A DNA stretch of 64,000 bases, taken from positions 152,816-216,815 of IMG/VR virus record IMGVR_UViG_3300044700_000691; one strand, given 5' to 3'. Shown here in pieces: positions 1-8,955 of the stretch. A program made the translations under genes and the position numbers. Below the pieces are notes generated by a model that searched no databases, was not told the origin of the DNA, and worked only from the letters and a program-made list of their open reading frames with translations. Each line of letters begins with the position of its first letter. The stretch's first letter is position 1.

Positions 1-772
1 TAAATTTAATGTTTTTTTCGCCAGAACCTTCTTCAATCATTCGTAACTTATTTGTTTTAATAGTTACATAATAATTACAGCAGTCTTCTTCTGGTTTTTC
101 TTCAATTGTACACTCTTTTTCAACTTCCTCTAGCGTTTTGTATGGGCCAGACGCAAGTTTTATCTTACCCTTAGCTTCAATATCAGTTCCAATTAAAGAT
201 TCTATAGTTGGAGCAGTTTCGCCAGACTTAACCTCGATTGTATGTATTACTTTATTCTCGTCTTCCATTGTTAAACAATAAAAAAGAGATTCGGCCGGAG
301 CCGGTAGCAATTTTTGATCTTCTGGATCTTCTTTTGTATATTGAGCTGCATCATATGGAATAGTTGCAGGCAAGCCTGGTTTTTGTATAACAGCAGGTAG
401 TCCTGGTTTTTGAGTAACTGCAGGCAATCCAGGTTTCTGAATAGTCGCAAGTTCCTTACTTCCTTGAACAGCAGGTAGATTAGATCCTCCGGCTGGAAGC
501 TCAAGAGCTTCGTTTTTAGTAGACTTGCTCTTCTTTTCATTAACATAACCACAAATAACTTTGTGTATTGCAAGTAAAAGGTCACGTATTTTATCTGCAC
601 CTGTATACTTTACATAGGTAGAATTTCCATAGGCATCTACAAAATCTAGGTCAGGGTACACATTAAAGTTGTGCAAAACGGTTTTTTGATCGTTTTGGTT
701 CCAAACTGGCTCGCAGTCTTTAACTTGCCATTTAAGTTCGTGACTTTGAAAAATTTCGCAGATTACTCCCAT
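1..772 (-). CDS. hypothetical protein, runs off the left window edge (missing from ORF track)
   Basis: ATG at 772 just after the stop of 777..1262; my translation is open to position 1 (MGVICEIFQSHELKWQ...KNIKF); phage-like codon use; internal QKPGLPA repeats. Confidence 0.8.
   Translation of the reverse strand, partial: MGVICEIFQSHELKWQVKDCEPVWNQNDQKTVLHNFNVYPDLDFVDAYGNSTYVKYTGADKIRDLLLAIHKVICGYVNEKKSKSTKNEALELPAGGSNLPAVQGSKELATIQKPGLPAVTQKPGLPAVIQKPGLPATIPYDAAQYTKEDPEDQKLLPAPAESLFYCLTMEDENKVIHTIEVKSGETAPTIESLIGTDIEAKGKIKLASGPYKTLEEVEKECTIEEKPEEDCCNYYVTIKTNKLRMIEEGSGEKNIKF
359..439 (-). repeat. 3 x 27-nt tandem repeat encoding QKPGLPA(V/T)(T/I)
   Basis: cagaaacctggattgcctgcagttact / caaaaaccaggactacctgctgttata / caaaaaccaggcttgcctgcaactatt on the minus strand. 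Confidence 0.85.
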
Positions 773-776
773 TTAA

Positions 777-1262
777 TTATGCTTGTGGTTTTTCTCCTCT
801 AAAGGCTTTACCTTTATTGGAATCTTTTCTTTCTGGATCAACTGTTTTATAGTTTGCCCAAATTTCATTGTATATTCGACAGCTTGCTCCCATAAAATTA
901 ATAATGCCGACAAATTTCTTACGATCATCGCCAGTCATCTTGGAAACTTTTCTTCCAATACGTCGAGCATCGTCAAGATCTAATTCTTCTTCGTCATCTT
1001 TACCAACTAATTCTTTAAGAGAATTTCTTTTCTTTTCATTTAGTTGAATAAAAGACTCAAACGTCATTGATCTTGAGTCTTCAGCATATGCTGACTCATG
1101 GTCAGCTGCATATGATTCAAATCGATCAAGCTCGTCGCCAGTCATTAGACCAGTTGCATACATAACAAATCTTTCATAAAGATCTGCTCTTTCCTGCATA
1201 GGAATACCTGCTTCATCCATATATTGAATTATGCTAGGAGGTACGCTTAGTGTAATCCTCAT
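777..1262 (-). CDS. hypothetical protein with internal capsid-targeting-like motif (MTFESFIQLNE)
   Basis: 161-aa ORF tightly packed in the post-capsid operon. Confidence 0.75.
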   Translation of the reverse strand: MRITLSVPPSIIQYMDEAGIPMQERADLYERFVMYATGLMTGDELDRFESYAADHESAYAEDSRSMTFESFIQLNEKKRNSLKELVGKDDEEELDLDDARRIGRKVSKMTGDDRKKFVGIINFMGASCRIYNEIWANYKTVDPERKDSNKGKAFRGEKPQA

Positions 1263-1273
1263 CGAGTTTTTAA

Positions 1274-1627
1274 TTATTTTTGTTTGCTAGCCATCTTAGG
1301 ATCAACTGACTTAGTGATAGCTGTACCTTTAATAACTAATTTGCCAAATGCTGGATCAACTGACTTAGTGATAGCTTTACCTTTAGGCGCAGCTTCTGCT
1401 AAGTTTTGGTTAACAGACTTAGTGATTTTAGCACCTTTAGCGGCTTTAAGATCAGTCATTTTAGTGTCAACTGATTTTTTAATGCTAGAACCTTTAGGCA
1501 TATCTAATTTAGCCATTTTAGGATCAACGCTTTTTCCTAATCTAGAACCTGCAGCAGGCATAGATGCTAAGTTTTGGTTAACTTTTTCAGTTAGGAATTC
1601 TGTGTAAGACAATACTTGGTTTGCCAT
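1274..1627 (-). CDS. small basic repetitive protein, probable internal head protein
   Basis: N-terminal VLSYTEFLTE motif; six 17-19-aa repeats starting KSV(D/N); Lys-rich; downstream of a GATAAATA promoter. Confidence 0.7.
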   Translation of the reverse strand: MANQVLSYTEFLTEKVNQNLASMPAAGSRLGKSVDPKMAKLDMPKGSSIKKSVDTKMTDLKAAKGAKITKSVNQNLAEAAPKGKAITKSVDPAFGKLVIKGTAITKSVDPKMASKQK

Positions 1628-1628
1628 T

Positions 1629-1706
1629 TCATTGTTTCATTTTTTTAATTACTCGATCTTCTCTGATCACTCCTGGTCTCTCCAATCCTGTAATATGAGT
1701 ATTCAT
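1629..1706 (-). CDS. possible 25-aa leader ORF (MNTHITGLERPGVIREDRVIKKMKQ)
   Basis: TGA stop 1 nt before the next ATG; start codon lies inside an 8-bp perfect hairpin. Confidence 0.35.
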   Translation of the reverse strand: MNTHITGLERPGVIREDRVIKKMKQ

Positions 1707-1785
1707 ATTAAAAATAAGTTAAGGCCGTTAGAGGGTCTCAGATTAAATAGTTGTTATAATTACCTAATTAGACAATTATTTTAGT

Positions 1786-1793
1786 TATTTATC
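1786..1793 (-). promoter_or_regulatory. late promoter-like GATAAATA
   Basis: One mismatch from T4 gp55 consensus TATAAATA; directly after the capsid-gene terminator. Confidence 0.55.
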
Positions 1794-1810
1794 TGACCTC
1801 TTAAAATAAG

Positions 1811-1832
1811 AAAGCCCTCCGAAGAGGGCTTT
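1811..1832 (-). terminator. intrinsic terminator after major capsid gene
   Basis: AAAGCCCTC-UUCG-GAGGGCUUU stem followed by U-rich tract. Confidence 0.85.
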
Positions 1833-1861
1833 ACTTTATTGAGATATTAATCTATTAAAGA

Positions 1862-3451
1862 CTAAGCAACATACTCACCAGTTAAGTGTTTAACACCCGT
1901 TGCATTAGCACCGTCAACAATATTAAATTGTACGTACTGAGTTTGTGGATGCCATCCAGCTTCAACTAGAGCATATCTTGACTTCATTCCGATTTTCGGA
2001 GAGAATGTACCCTCTGAAATAGTTTGAAGAGATTCAGCCATGATGTAAGGCATGAATTTAAGTCCTGGCTCTTCGTCAGCACCTTTACGTCCGATAAGAA
2101 CAGTGTTGTTATCAAAACGTAAGTTTGGATCAACATAGATAGTTAAACCGTGAACTTTACCAGCAGGGTAAAGAGTTCCAGCAGTAGAACCTAAATCATT
2201 GTTGAATGGAGCGATTGAATAACCAGCAGCATCAGCCATAGCAGATGCAACTTTAGCAGAAACTACTGCGAAAGTACCAGCTCCGAAACGAGCTCTGTGA
2301 TAAATTAAGTTAGCAGATTCAAGAATCTTAGTAACTAATTTTCTTTGAGAAGTCGTTACGTTTTCAAAAGTACCAGAACCTGGTTGAACGTTAACGTTAG
2401 CAACATAACCTTCAGTTGCGTTAGCAAGTGTAGCATTAGTTGTAGCTAAGTTTTTAACTTTAGAAACGATTTCTTTGTTGATTGTTTGAGCAAGCTCATT
2501 AACAGCAACGTTCTCCAACATAGAGATTGCATCGAAATTCCAAACTCTGTTAAGATCTTGGATTTGTTCAACAGTTGCAGAGATAGAAACTTGAGAAGTT
2601 TTAGCCTCAACGAACTTAGTAAACATTTTAAGACCCATTTGACGGAATTTAGAACCTTCACCAGCTGCTCTATCCATAGATTGAGTATACTCATTTCCAG
2701 AAAGGAAAGGACCAGAGAAATCTGTGTGAGCTTCAGTTGAAGTCGAAGTGAATCCAGAGATGTGGTTTTCTAAAGCAGATACTAAATCAACTTTGTTAGC
2801 CGCATCTAAAGTTACACTGTTTAACACTTTACCAGCACCTAAGTAAGTAGCTAAAGTGATAGAATCATCAGAAGTAACTACTTTGAAGATCAATTGACCG
2901 TCAATACGTGAAGCACCTACGAATTGTAGTGTAAGTACTGCAGCTGTTCCAGCTCCATCACCATCAACTGTGTACTCAGTACCAGCTGTGAATGTAGCCT
3001 TTTCACCTGTAGTGAAATCAGCGATTTTGATCAAATATGGTTCGAATTCAGTACCTAAGTTACCACCTTGGTAAACATAATCTAGGTAAGGAAGGAAACC
3101 AACTGGAGAGTCCATAGGAACTACACCAACTAGGTCGAAACCAATTGTTTTTGCTGCTACTTGAATAGCAACTGGCAATAAACTTGGGAATTTATCACCT
3201 GAACCGTTTGCACCTGTTGTAGGAGCTAATGGGTTACCGATTCCACTGATAGAACCTGGTTGTTGATAGAATAAGCCTGGAGCAACTGTAGCTTCATTGA
3301 TTGAACCTGCGTTTTCGAACATTGCGTGATAGTGGCAATAATCTACTAACCAAGGACGTGAATCTGCGTTTACACCATAGCTTTCTAAAACTGGAGCCCA
3401 AGTTGACTTAATCGAAGAATCGTTTAGTCTTTTAAATACTTTTGTAGACAT
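1862..3451 (-). CDS. gp23: major capsid protein (T4 gp23-like)
   Basis: W.PVLE N-terminus, LLPVAIQVAAKTIGFDLVGVVPMDSPVG, ELAQTINKEI, YMPY/MPYI and KIGMKSRYAL motifs typical of gp23. Confidence 0.95.
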   Translation of the reverse strand: MSTKVFKRLNDSSIKSTWAPVLESYGVNADSRPWLVDYCHYHAMFENAGSINEATVAPGLFYQQPGSISGIGNPLAPTTGANGSGDKFPSLLPVAIQVAAKTIGFDLVGVVPMDSPVGFLPYLDYVYQGGNLGTEFEPYLIKIADFTTGEKATFTAGTEYTVDGDGAGTAAVLTLQFVGASRIDGQLIFKVVTSDDSITLATYLGAGKVLNSVTLDAANKVDLVSALENHISGFTSTSTEAHTDFSGPFLSGNEYTQSMDRAAGEGSKFRQMGLKMFTKFVEAKTSQVSISATVEQIQDLNRVWNFDAISMLENVAVNELAQTINKEIVSKVKNLATTNATLANATEGYVANVNVQPGSGTFENVTTSQRKLVTKILESANLIYHRARFGAGTFAVVSAKVASAMADAAGYSIAPFNNDLGSTAGTLYPAGKVHGLTIYVDPNLRFDNNTVLIGRKGADEEPGLKFMPYIMAESLQTISEGTFSPKIGMKSRYALVEAGWHPQTQYVQFNIVDGANATGVKHLTGEYVA

Positions 3452-3468
3452 TTTGTTTTAAAAATTTT

Positions 3469-5499
3469 TTAGTTTTGTGCTCTTCTTTTTAGAGCGTCGA
3501 GGTATGTGTTACCATAGCCTCTTTGATGTTCCGCAACTTTCTCAATCGAGATAAAACCTTCTCTACCTTGGCTTTCGTTGATGTGTTGCGCATTTTTATT
3601 TTGTTTTTCGAAATAAATTCTTTCATTAATTCCTCTTAGATCTCTGCTCTCCCAGAAGTTTTTAACTTGGTAAGGAGTGTTAAGAACAGTTAGGGAAGCT
3701 TGTGCTTCTAAGCGGCTCTTTTCTGCAGGGGTCATGCTTTCAAAAATATCTTTGAATTTAGTAGGCATGAATTTGATTAAGGTAGGAACGTTTTCTTGTT
3801 GTTTGTTAAGAACTGACTCAATAATTTGGATAACGTCTTCTTCTTTAAAATAAACTGCTCCAGAAAGAGCTTCTATAATAGCAGTTTTTTGTGTTTGATC
3901 TAAATTAAAGAATCTTGATTTATTATCTTCGTTAAGAAGTTTTAGGAATGGATATCTGCTTTCTAATACAGATTTAGCTGAGTTATCTTTAATATGCTTA
4001 ACAATTGCATTTACTGAACCAACTATATCGTTAACTTTAGAACCTTCAGCAACTTGGTAGTTTACTGATTCGTCTAATTTTTCGATTTGGCTAAATGCAG
4101 AGGCAGATTTGGTAGAAAGACCAGATTTACCGTCATTTAGTGATTCTGCAATATACTCAGAATATTTAATTCCTTTTTCAAGGTTTTCAGCAAGATAATT
4201 AGCGTAACCAACTGAGTGCTTTAAGTTTTCAGCAACGTATTCAGTGTATCTGATACCTTGTTCTGATTTTTCAGCAACATACTCAGTGTATTGAATTCCT
4301 TTATCAAGGTTTTCTGCTAAGTATTCTGTGTACTTAATATTTTTGTTTACGTTTTCTGCGATATGCTCAGAGTAATCAATTGCATTATTTAAGTTTTCGC
4401 CAACGTATTCAGAGTAACCGATACCTTGTTCAACTTTTTCAGCAAGATAATCCGAGTAATCGATTACCTTATTAACTTTCTCAGCAACATGCTCAGAATA
4501 GTCAATTGATTTGTTTAACATGCCAGAAAGGTAATTGTTATATTCAATTACTTTGCCAAGCTCGCTTGAAAGATAGTTAACGTACTCAACTAATTGGTTA
4601 TTAGTTGCAGGTGTGTTTTCTTCTTCAGCATTTAGATCTGTAACCAAATTCGGATCTTCATCTGTTTGGTCTTCTTCGGTAACTGCGAAGTTATCAACCA
4701 TTTTATCTACACTCTCCTTAAGAGAATCAAACTTGCCTTTAACAAGTTCAGAATATTGGTTGAACGCTTCTTTCGTTACAAACTCATTAGTCATGTGTTT
4801 GTTATTATTTTCCATAGGTTTTACTATCTCTTCATTATTTATCTTATAAACTTTGATCGATTCTGCGAGGTTTAAGCTTTCAGAAATATCTACCAATTTG
4901 TTTATAATTGAGCTTGATTTAATATTATCCAAAGATTCGAAAAGCATAGAATAATTGCTTTGGAAACTTTCGTTAACTGATCTTCTAAGAACTGCTTCGC
5001 TAAAACCAGGCTCAGCGACTAAGTCGTATGTGAATATTCTTTGGATTTTTACTTTACCCTCATTTGCTACTTGACCAGCAGCTCTTGAAGAGGTTGAAAT
5101 TGTACAGCCTGACTCAACTAGAGTTTTTGCAATCTGACCAGCCGGTGTATTTAGCAGACGTACTTTAATTTTTACGTTATTAGAATCTTGATCGTACCAT
5201 AATTTCTCAATTACGTGAGAAACATTCTTAAGTGAAACATCAAAATTTTGTGGATGATCTAACTCACCAAATAGTTGACCCTTTTCGATTTTCTCGTTTA
5301 GGTATTCTAGGTGTGGAAGATACTCAGCTTTTTCGTAGATTCGGTTGTTGTTATTCTTTGTGTCAAATACTGCACAAACCCCTTCCATAACAATGTCACC
5401 ATTCTCTGACTTAACTGTGTTTAGACCTTCATTTACTCTTTCAATAATGAAGAGCATATCTGAGGTATTTGTAATTTCGTTTACGTCTGTAAGGACCAC
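3469..5499 (-). CDS. gp21: prohead protease (gp21-like) fused to scaffold/core protein (gp22-like)
   Basis: N-terminal EGVCAVFDTKNNNNRIY, GELDHP, VSH, ISTSSRAAG and TYDLVAEPGFSEA are gp21 motifs; C-terminal coiled-coil repeats; immediately upstream of gp23; GTG start. Confidence 0.9.
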   Translation of the reverse strand: MVLTDVNEITNTSDMLFIIERVNEGLNTVKSENGDIVMEGVCAVFDTKNNNNRIYEKAEYLPHLEYLNEKIEKGQLFGELDHPQNFDVSLKNVSHVIEKLWYDQDSNNVKIKVRLLNTPAGQIAKTLVESGCTISTSSRAAGQVANEGKVKIQRIFTYDLVAEPGFSEAVLRRSVNESFQSNYSMLFESLDNIKSSSIINKLVDISESLNLAESIKVYKINNEEIVKPMENNNKHMTNEFVTKEAFNQYSELVKGKFDSLKESVDKMVDNFAVTEEDQTDEDPNLVTDLNAEEENTPATNNQLVEYVNYLSSELGKVIEYNNYLSGMLNKSIDYSEHVAEKVNKVIDYSDYLAEKVEQGIGYSEYVGENLNNAIDYSEHIAENVNKNIKYTEYLAENLDKGIQYTEYVAEKSEQGIRYTEYVAENLKHSVGYANYLAENLEKGIKYSEYIAESLNDGKSGLSTKSASAFSQIEKLDESVNYQVAEGSKVNDIVGSVNAIVKHIKDNSAKSVLESRYPFLKLLNEDNKSRFFNLDQTQKTAIIEALSGAVYFKEEDVIQIIESVLNKQQENVPTLIKFMPTKFKDIFESMTPAEKSRLEAQASLTVLNTPYQVKNFWESRDLRGINERIYFEKQNKNAQHINESQGREGFISIEKVAEHQRGYGNTYLDALKRRAQN
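4132..4593 (-). repeat. 11 x 14-aa (42-nt) tandem repeat in scaffold region
   Basis: Units such as SIDYSEHVAEKVNK, NIKYTEYLAENLDK, GIKYSEYIAESLND; 462 nt = 11 x 42. Confidence 0.9.
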
Positions 5500-5518
5500 G
5501 TTGCCTGATTTTTTTTAT

Positions 5519-5526
5519 TATTTATA
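5519..5526 (-). promoter_or_regulatory. T4-type late promoter TATAAATA
   Basis: Perfect consensus 20 nt upstream of the protease/scaffold start. Confidence 0.75.
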
Positions 5527-5569
5527 TCGTATCAGTACAAATAATTTATAACAGATGACAACTTGTCAT

Positions 5570-6424
5570 CTATATAGTTTTATTTATTAAGCGTAGTAGG
5601 TCCTGCTTCTCGAGATCAGTTAGTTTATCAAAATTAGGTACCCTTGTATGAATTTTAAAGACATATGCACCTTTATTTTGAAACCCAGTAGCTAATCCTC
5701 GGCCTGGAATGGTTATTTGAATATCGCTAAAGGACTTAGCGCTAAGAGATTTTATCTTAAATTTTGTGCCAGACACAGATTTAAAGATTAGATTTTCAAT
5801 ATTAATTAACTCGGTTAAGTCTACTTCTCTGTTATCTATAATATTACCGGCTGCATCCATAACAATACCAGATGGTATTACTATTTCTAATAGGACATAT
5901 AGATTACCAATAAATGTGCGATTAAACATTGCACCTCCACCAAGTTTACCAGTATTTCCCATATTTTGGAAAGTTAATCTAGAAAATGCTCGATTACCAT
6001 CAAAAATTAATTGGTGTTTGGTTTTGTCTGGGCTAAGCTCTACACTAAAACGATTTGGGGTAGACTCGCCCTTTTTATTATAGACTACTTCAATAGTCTT
6101 ACCAGTTAAAAGGTCTTTAAGATCGATTTTTTGATTAACTACTATATCAAGATCAATACCCCAATTTTGGGTAAAAATATCGGTTGAGCCAAATCCGCTA
6201 AACATGTCACGAAGGTCCTCAAAGTTAGCACCGCCTTTATCGTAACCTTTACGCTTTTCTACATCTCCTAATACACCATAAGCTTCGGCGATTTCCTTAA
6301 ATTTGGAATCACCGTCAGGATTTTTATCAGGGTGATATTTAATGGCAAGTTTTCGATATGCCTTTTTAATATCTGCCTGATTGCATCCGCGCTCAACTTC
6401 TAGTATATTATAATAGTCTTTCAC
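5570..6424 (-). CDS. dnaJ: DnaJ-family co-chaperone (J-domain plus C-terminal domain, no Zn finger)
   Basis: DYYNILEV...[19 protein letters not shown]-domain with HPD motif. Confidence 0.92.
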   Translation of the reverse strand: MKDYYNILEVERGCNQADIKKAYRKLAIKYHPDKNPDGDSKFKEIAEAYGVLGDVEKRKGYDKGGANFEDLRDMFSGFGSTDIFTQNWGIDLDIVVNQKIDLKDLLTGKTIEVVYNKKGESTPNRFSVELSPDKTKHQLIFDGNRAFSRLTFQNMGNTGKLGGGAMFNRTFIGNLYVLLEIVIPSGIVMDAAGNIIDNREVDLTELINIENLIFKSVSGTKFKIKSLSAKSFSDIQITIPGRGLATGFQNKGAYVFKIHTRVPNFDKLTDLEKQDLLRLINKTI

Positions 6425-6443
6425 TATAATTAATATACCTAAA

Positions 6444-7247
6444 TTACTTACCCACGGTAACTGTATCTGATAAAATTAATGGTTTTGCTAAACTTACAAC
6501 GCCTTTAGCTAGGCCTGGGGTCGACGGCATTTTGCCATCGATCATTGATGCAAGGGACTCAATTGTTGCCATAAGTGCATCTCCCATAACAGCTGGCTCA
6601 GTTAAGCCGCTTGCTCCAAGTCTAGTAAAGTCTCCTCTAAGCCATACTTGCTCAGATGTTACCCTAACCTCAGAGGTTGCTGTAATATCAACAGTTGAAT
6701 TTGCAATAATTTTAATAGTAGGACCCTCTAGTTCAATAATAGACTCAGTGTCTTTATGCTCAATTGTAATAGTTGAATCCTGAGCAATATTAATTCGGGA
6801 TTTTTTATTTTCGAATGTTAAGCCTTTGCCTACAGTAAACCACAATTTAAGCTGTTCATCGCCATCCCATAGGATAAAATGCGAACCTAAATATTCACCA
6901 TCCTTTTTTAATTCTTCCTGTAAGTCTGCCGCAAGTTCCTGTAACTGAGAATACTCAGGCGAATAAATGTCGCCTTGATCAAATGTTACAACTACAAGGG
7001 CTCCGTTTTTTGGAATAGAAATACTGGCAGCACCCTCTTTACCAAAAAATGTAGGTTTTGCCATTGGATTTGCCCAAGGAAGATCCTCAGTTTTTAGTGT
7101 ATCAAATACTCCATGCACTAAAATTTTACATCGACCCTGTTTAAGAGGATCGTTTGCATCAACAACTGTACCCATATACTTTTTTAAAATATAGTCAATC
7201 GTTGTGTCTGACGAGCGTTTAATATCTAGGTCTCTGTTTACAATCAT
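6444..7247 (-). CDS. gp5: baseplate central spike/hub protein (gp5 N-terminal OB-fold), no lysozyme domain
   Basis: [21 protein letters not shown]...LPWA...[16 protein letters not shown] motif of the gp5/VgrG OB-fold; beta-rich C-terminus. Confidence 0.8.
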   Translation of the reverse strand: MIVNRDLDIKRSSDTTIDYILKKYMGTVVDANDPLKQGRCKILVHGVFDTLKTEDLPWANPMAKPTFFGKEGAASISIPKNGALVVVTFDQGDIYSPEYSQLQELAADLQEELKKDGEYLGSHFILWDGDEQLKLWFTVGKGLTFENKKSRINIAQDSTITIEHKDTESIIELEGPTIKIIANSTVDITATSEVRVTSEQVWLRGDFTRLGASGLTEPAVMGDALMATIESLASMIDGKMPSTPGLAKGVVSLAKPLILSDTVTVGK

Positions 7248-8950
7248 TATGGCTTAAGTGGATTTTGACTAGTTATTTTACCTCCAACTTTCCTTTGGTT
7301 TACCGCTTTCATAATTGGAACGTCTCCTGGGAAAATATCAGTATTAATTTTTCCAATTTGGGTAATCTCCTTTCCAGGAAACATATCATTCTTGATTGGT
7401 GAAGCTGTTCTGGTGTCTTTACCTGGAAATATATCATTTTTAATTGGTAAAACAGTTCTAATGTCTTTGCCTGGGAAAGTGTCTTTTGTAATTGTACCAC
7501 CGGCCTTTCGTTCAGTTAATATCTGTACTAGCGATCCATCATATAAGTCATCATTAATTGGAGCAGCTCCTCTTTCTTTGGTAACTGCGGTTAAATCTGT
7601 TGGCGAAAACTTTTCAAATGGCCTAGAATTAAGAGGACCATTTGATAGTGCACCATCAACGGCTGCATCAAACTGTCTTTCTAGACCAAGTAGAGCATCA
7701 TTTAGGGCTCGTTGAGGAGCTCCTAATATATTAGTTAGAGCTCGACGGCCCGCGGATAACACTCTAGTTATTCCTCCAGTAAAAGGACCAAGATCAAGAG
7801 CACCGCCCAATCCTCCAAATAGTGGATTTAAGCCAGCTTCATCATCAAAGAAACCAGCTGTGCCAAATGCTTTATCGCCAAAATATGTGGCTGGCATTAC
7901 TCGATCAACAATAATTTTAATTTTAGGTTGTAGGTTACTGGAAGATTCGCCAGTCGACGATTTAGTTTGAGTTCCTGCATTTTCTAAAAAGTCTGAAAAA
8001 TCAAATTTGCAGCCCATGCATCTAAATGCAATTCCACCAAAGTTTACCTGGCCACTGAACGTTTCATCGTATTGTGCACTGGGTCCGCCAAAGCCTAAAT
8101 TAATATTAAGTCCAACATTTTCACCATTTTTTAGGAAACGTAAATCCATAAAATAGATATCCATTGAGAACTTTTCAAGATTCGGAGGCAATACCTTTCT
8201 ACCATTAAACGAATCATAACTCAATAGACGATATGCTTCGGCAAGGCGGGTTAATCTAAGATCTACTGTCTCATCTCCAGTTATTGTAAGTGTAATTGGT
8301 TCAAATTTGTAGCCTGCTTGGCAAGCTTTCCATAGGTTAGGTATTCCATCTAGTTCTTTAAATGCCCATGGAGATTTTTCTTGAATATGATTTAAAGTTT
8401 TAATAAATTCCATTAAATAGAAACCTCGGTTTAATTCGCCAGCCGGTCTATTTGTGATAGTAGAGGCTGCTGCCGAATTCAATAGTAGATTTTTAGGTAA
8501 AATTTCGTCGTTAGTTTCACTAAGTTTAAGAGAAAAACTATTCAAGTATTGAATTGCACAGGCTTCGCTGGCATTTGCAAGTAGGTCAGGAAAATTTGTT
8601 CCAGTGTTTACTTCAGTAATACCGCTTCCATCTGATGACATTTTTGCCCAGTCTGGCAAATAGAACAGTGGATTTGCTTTAAGCCCAGTGTATGGGTTTA
8701 TAGTTCCTTTAGCTTCACTTAATTGACTATGTATGTCTAGTGCAAATCCAAAATAGGTAGGTTCATCATATCCAGTCGAAAGCCTAGAATTTCTAAATGA
8801 TTGAATAATATTAGGTAATGATCTAGTATCTTTATCATTTACAACAGATGCTACCCAAGAGCTTCTTTTATCACCAGCTGTTGCGTCAGCACCCAAGGCA
8901 CTGCTATTAACATATGGATCTGGTTGTGGTTCAAAATCTGGTAATGACAT
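7247..8950 (-). CDS. putative baseplate/tail structural protein
   Basis: 567-aa ORF inside the baseplate operon with 1-nt overlap to gp5; no decisive motif. Confidence 0.5.
   Translation of the reverse strand: MSLPDFEPQPDPYVNSSALGADATAGDKRSSWVASVVNDKDTRSLPNIIQSFRNSRLSTGYDEPTYFGFALDIHSQLSEAKGTINPYTGLKANPLFYLPDWAKMSSDGSGITEVNTGTNFPDLLANASEACAIQYLNSFSLKLSETNDEILPKNLLLNSAAASTITNRPAGELNRGFYLMEFIKTLNHIQEKSPWAFKELDGIPNLWKACQAGYKFEPITLTITGDETVDLRLTRLAEAYRLLSYDSFNGRKVLPPNLEKFSMDIYFMDLRFLKNGENVGLNINLGFGGPSAQYDETFSGQVNFGGIAFRCMGCKFDFSDFLENAGTQTKSSTGESSSNLQPKIKIIVDRVMPATYFGDKAFGTAGFFDDEAGLNPLFGGLGGALDLGPFTGGITRVLSAGRRALTNILGAPQRALNDALLGLERQFDAAVDGALSNGPLNSRPFEKFSPTDLTAVTKERGAAPINDDLYDGSLVQILTERKAGGTITKDTFPGKDIRTVLPIKNDIFPGKDTRTASPIKNDMFPGKEITQIGKINTDIFPGDVPIMKAVNQRKVGGKITSQNPLKP
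7301..7492 (-). repeat. 4 x 16-aa repeat I(K/T/N)xDxFPG
   Basis: ITKDTFPGKDIRTVLP / IKNDIFPGKDTRTASP / IKNDMFPGKEITQIGK / INTDIFPGDVPIMKAV. Confidence 0.85.
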
Positions 8951-8955
8951 TGTAT

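Noticed and set aside
271-600. 109-aa minus-strand ORF in the track
   Set aside because: Out-of-frame shadow of the longer real ORF 772 to <1; its Leu/Gln repeats are the QKPGLPA repeat read in another frame
4132-4593. 42-nt periodic repeat as a possible CRISPR array
   Set aside because: Units are degenerate at synonymous positions, in frame within a protein, with no unique spacers or cas genes
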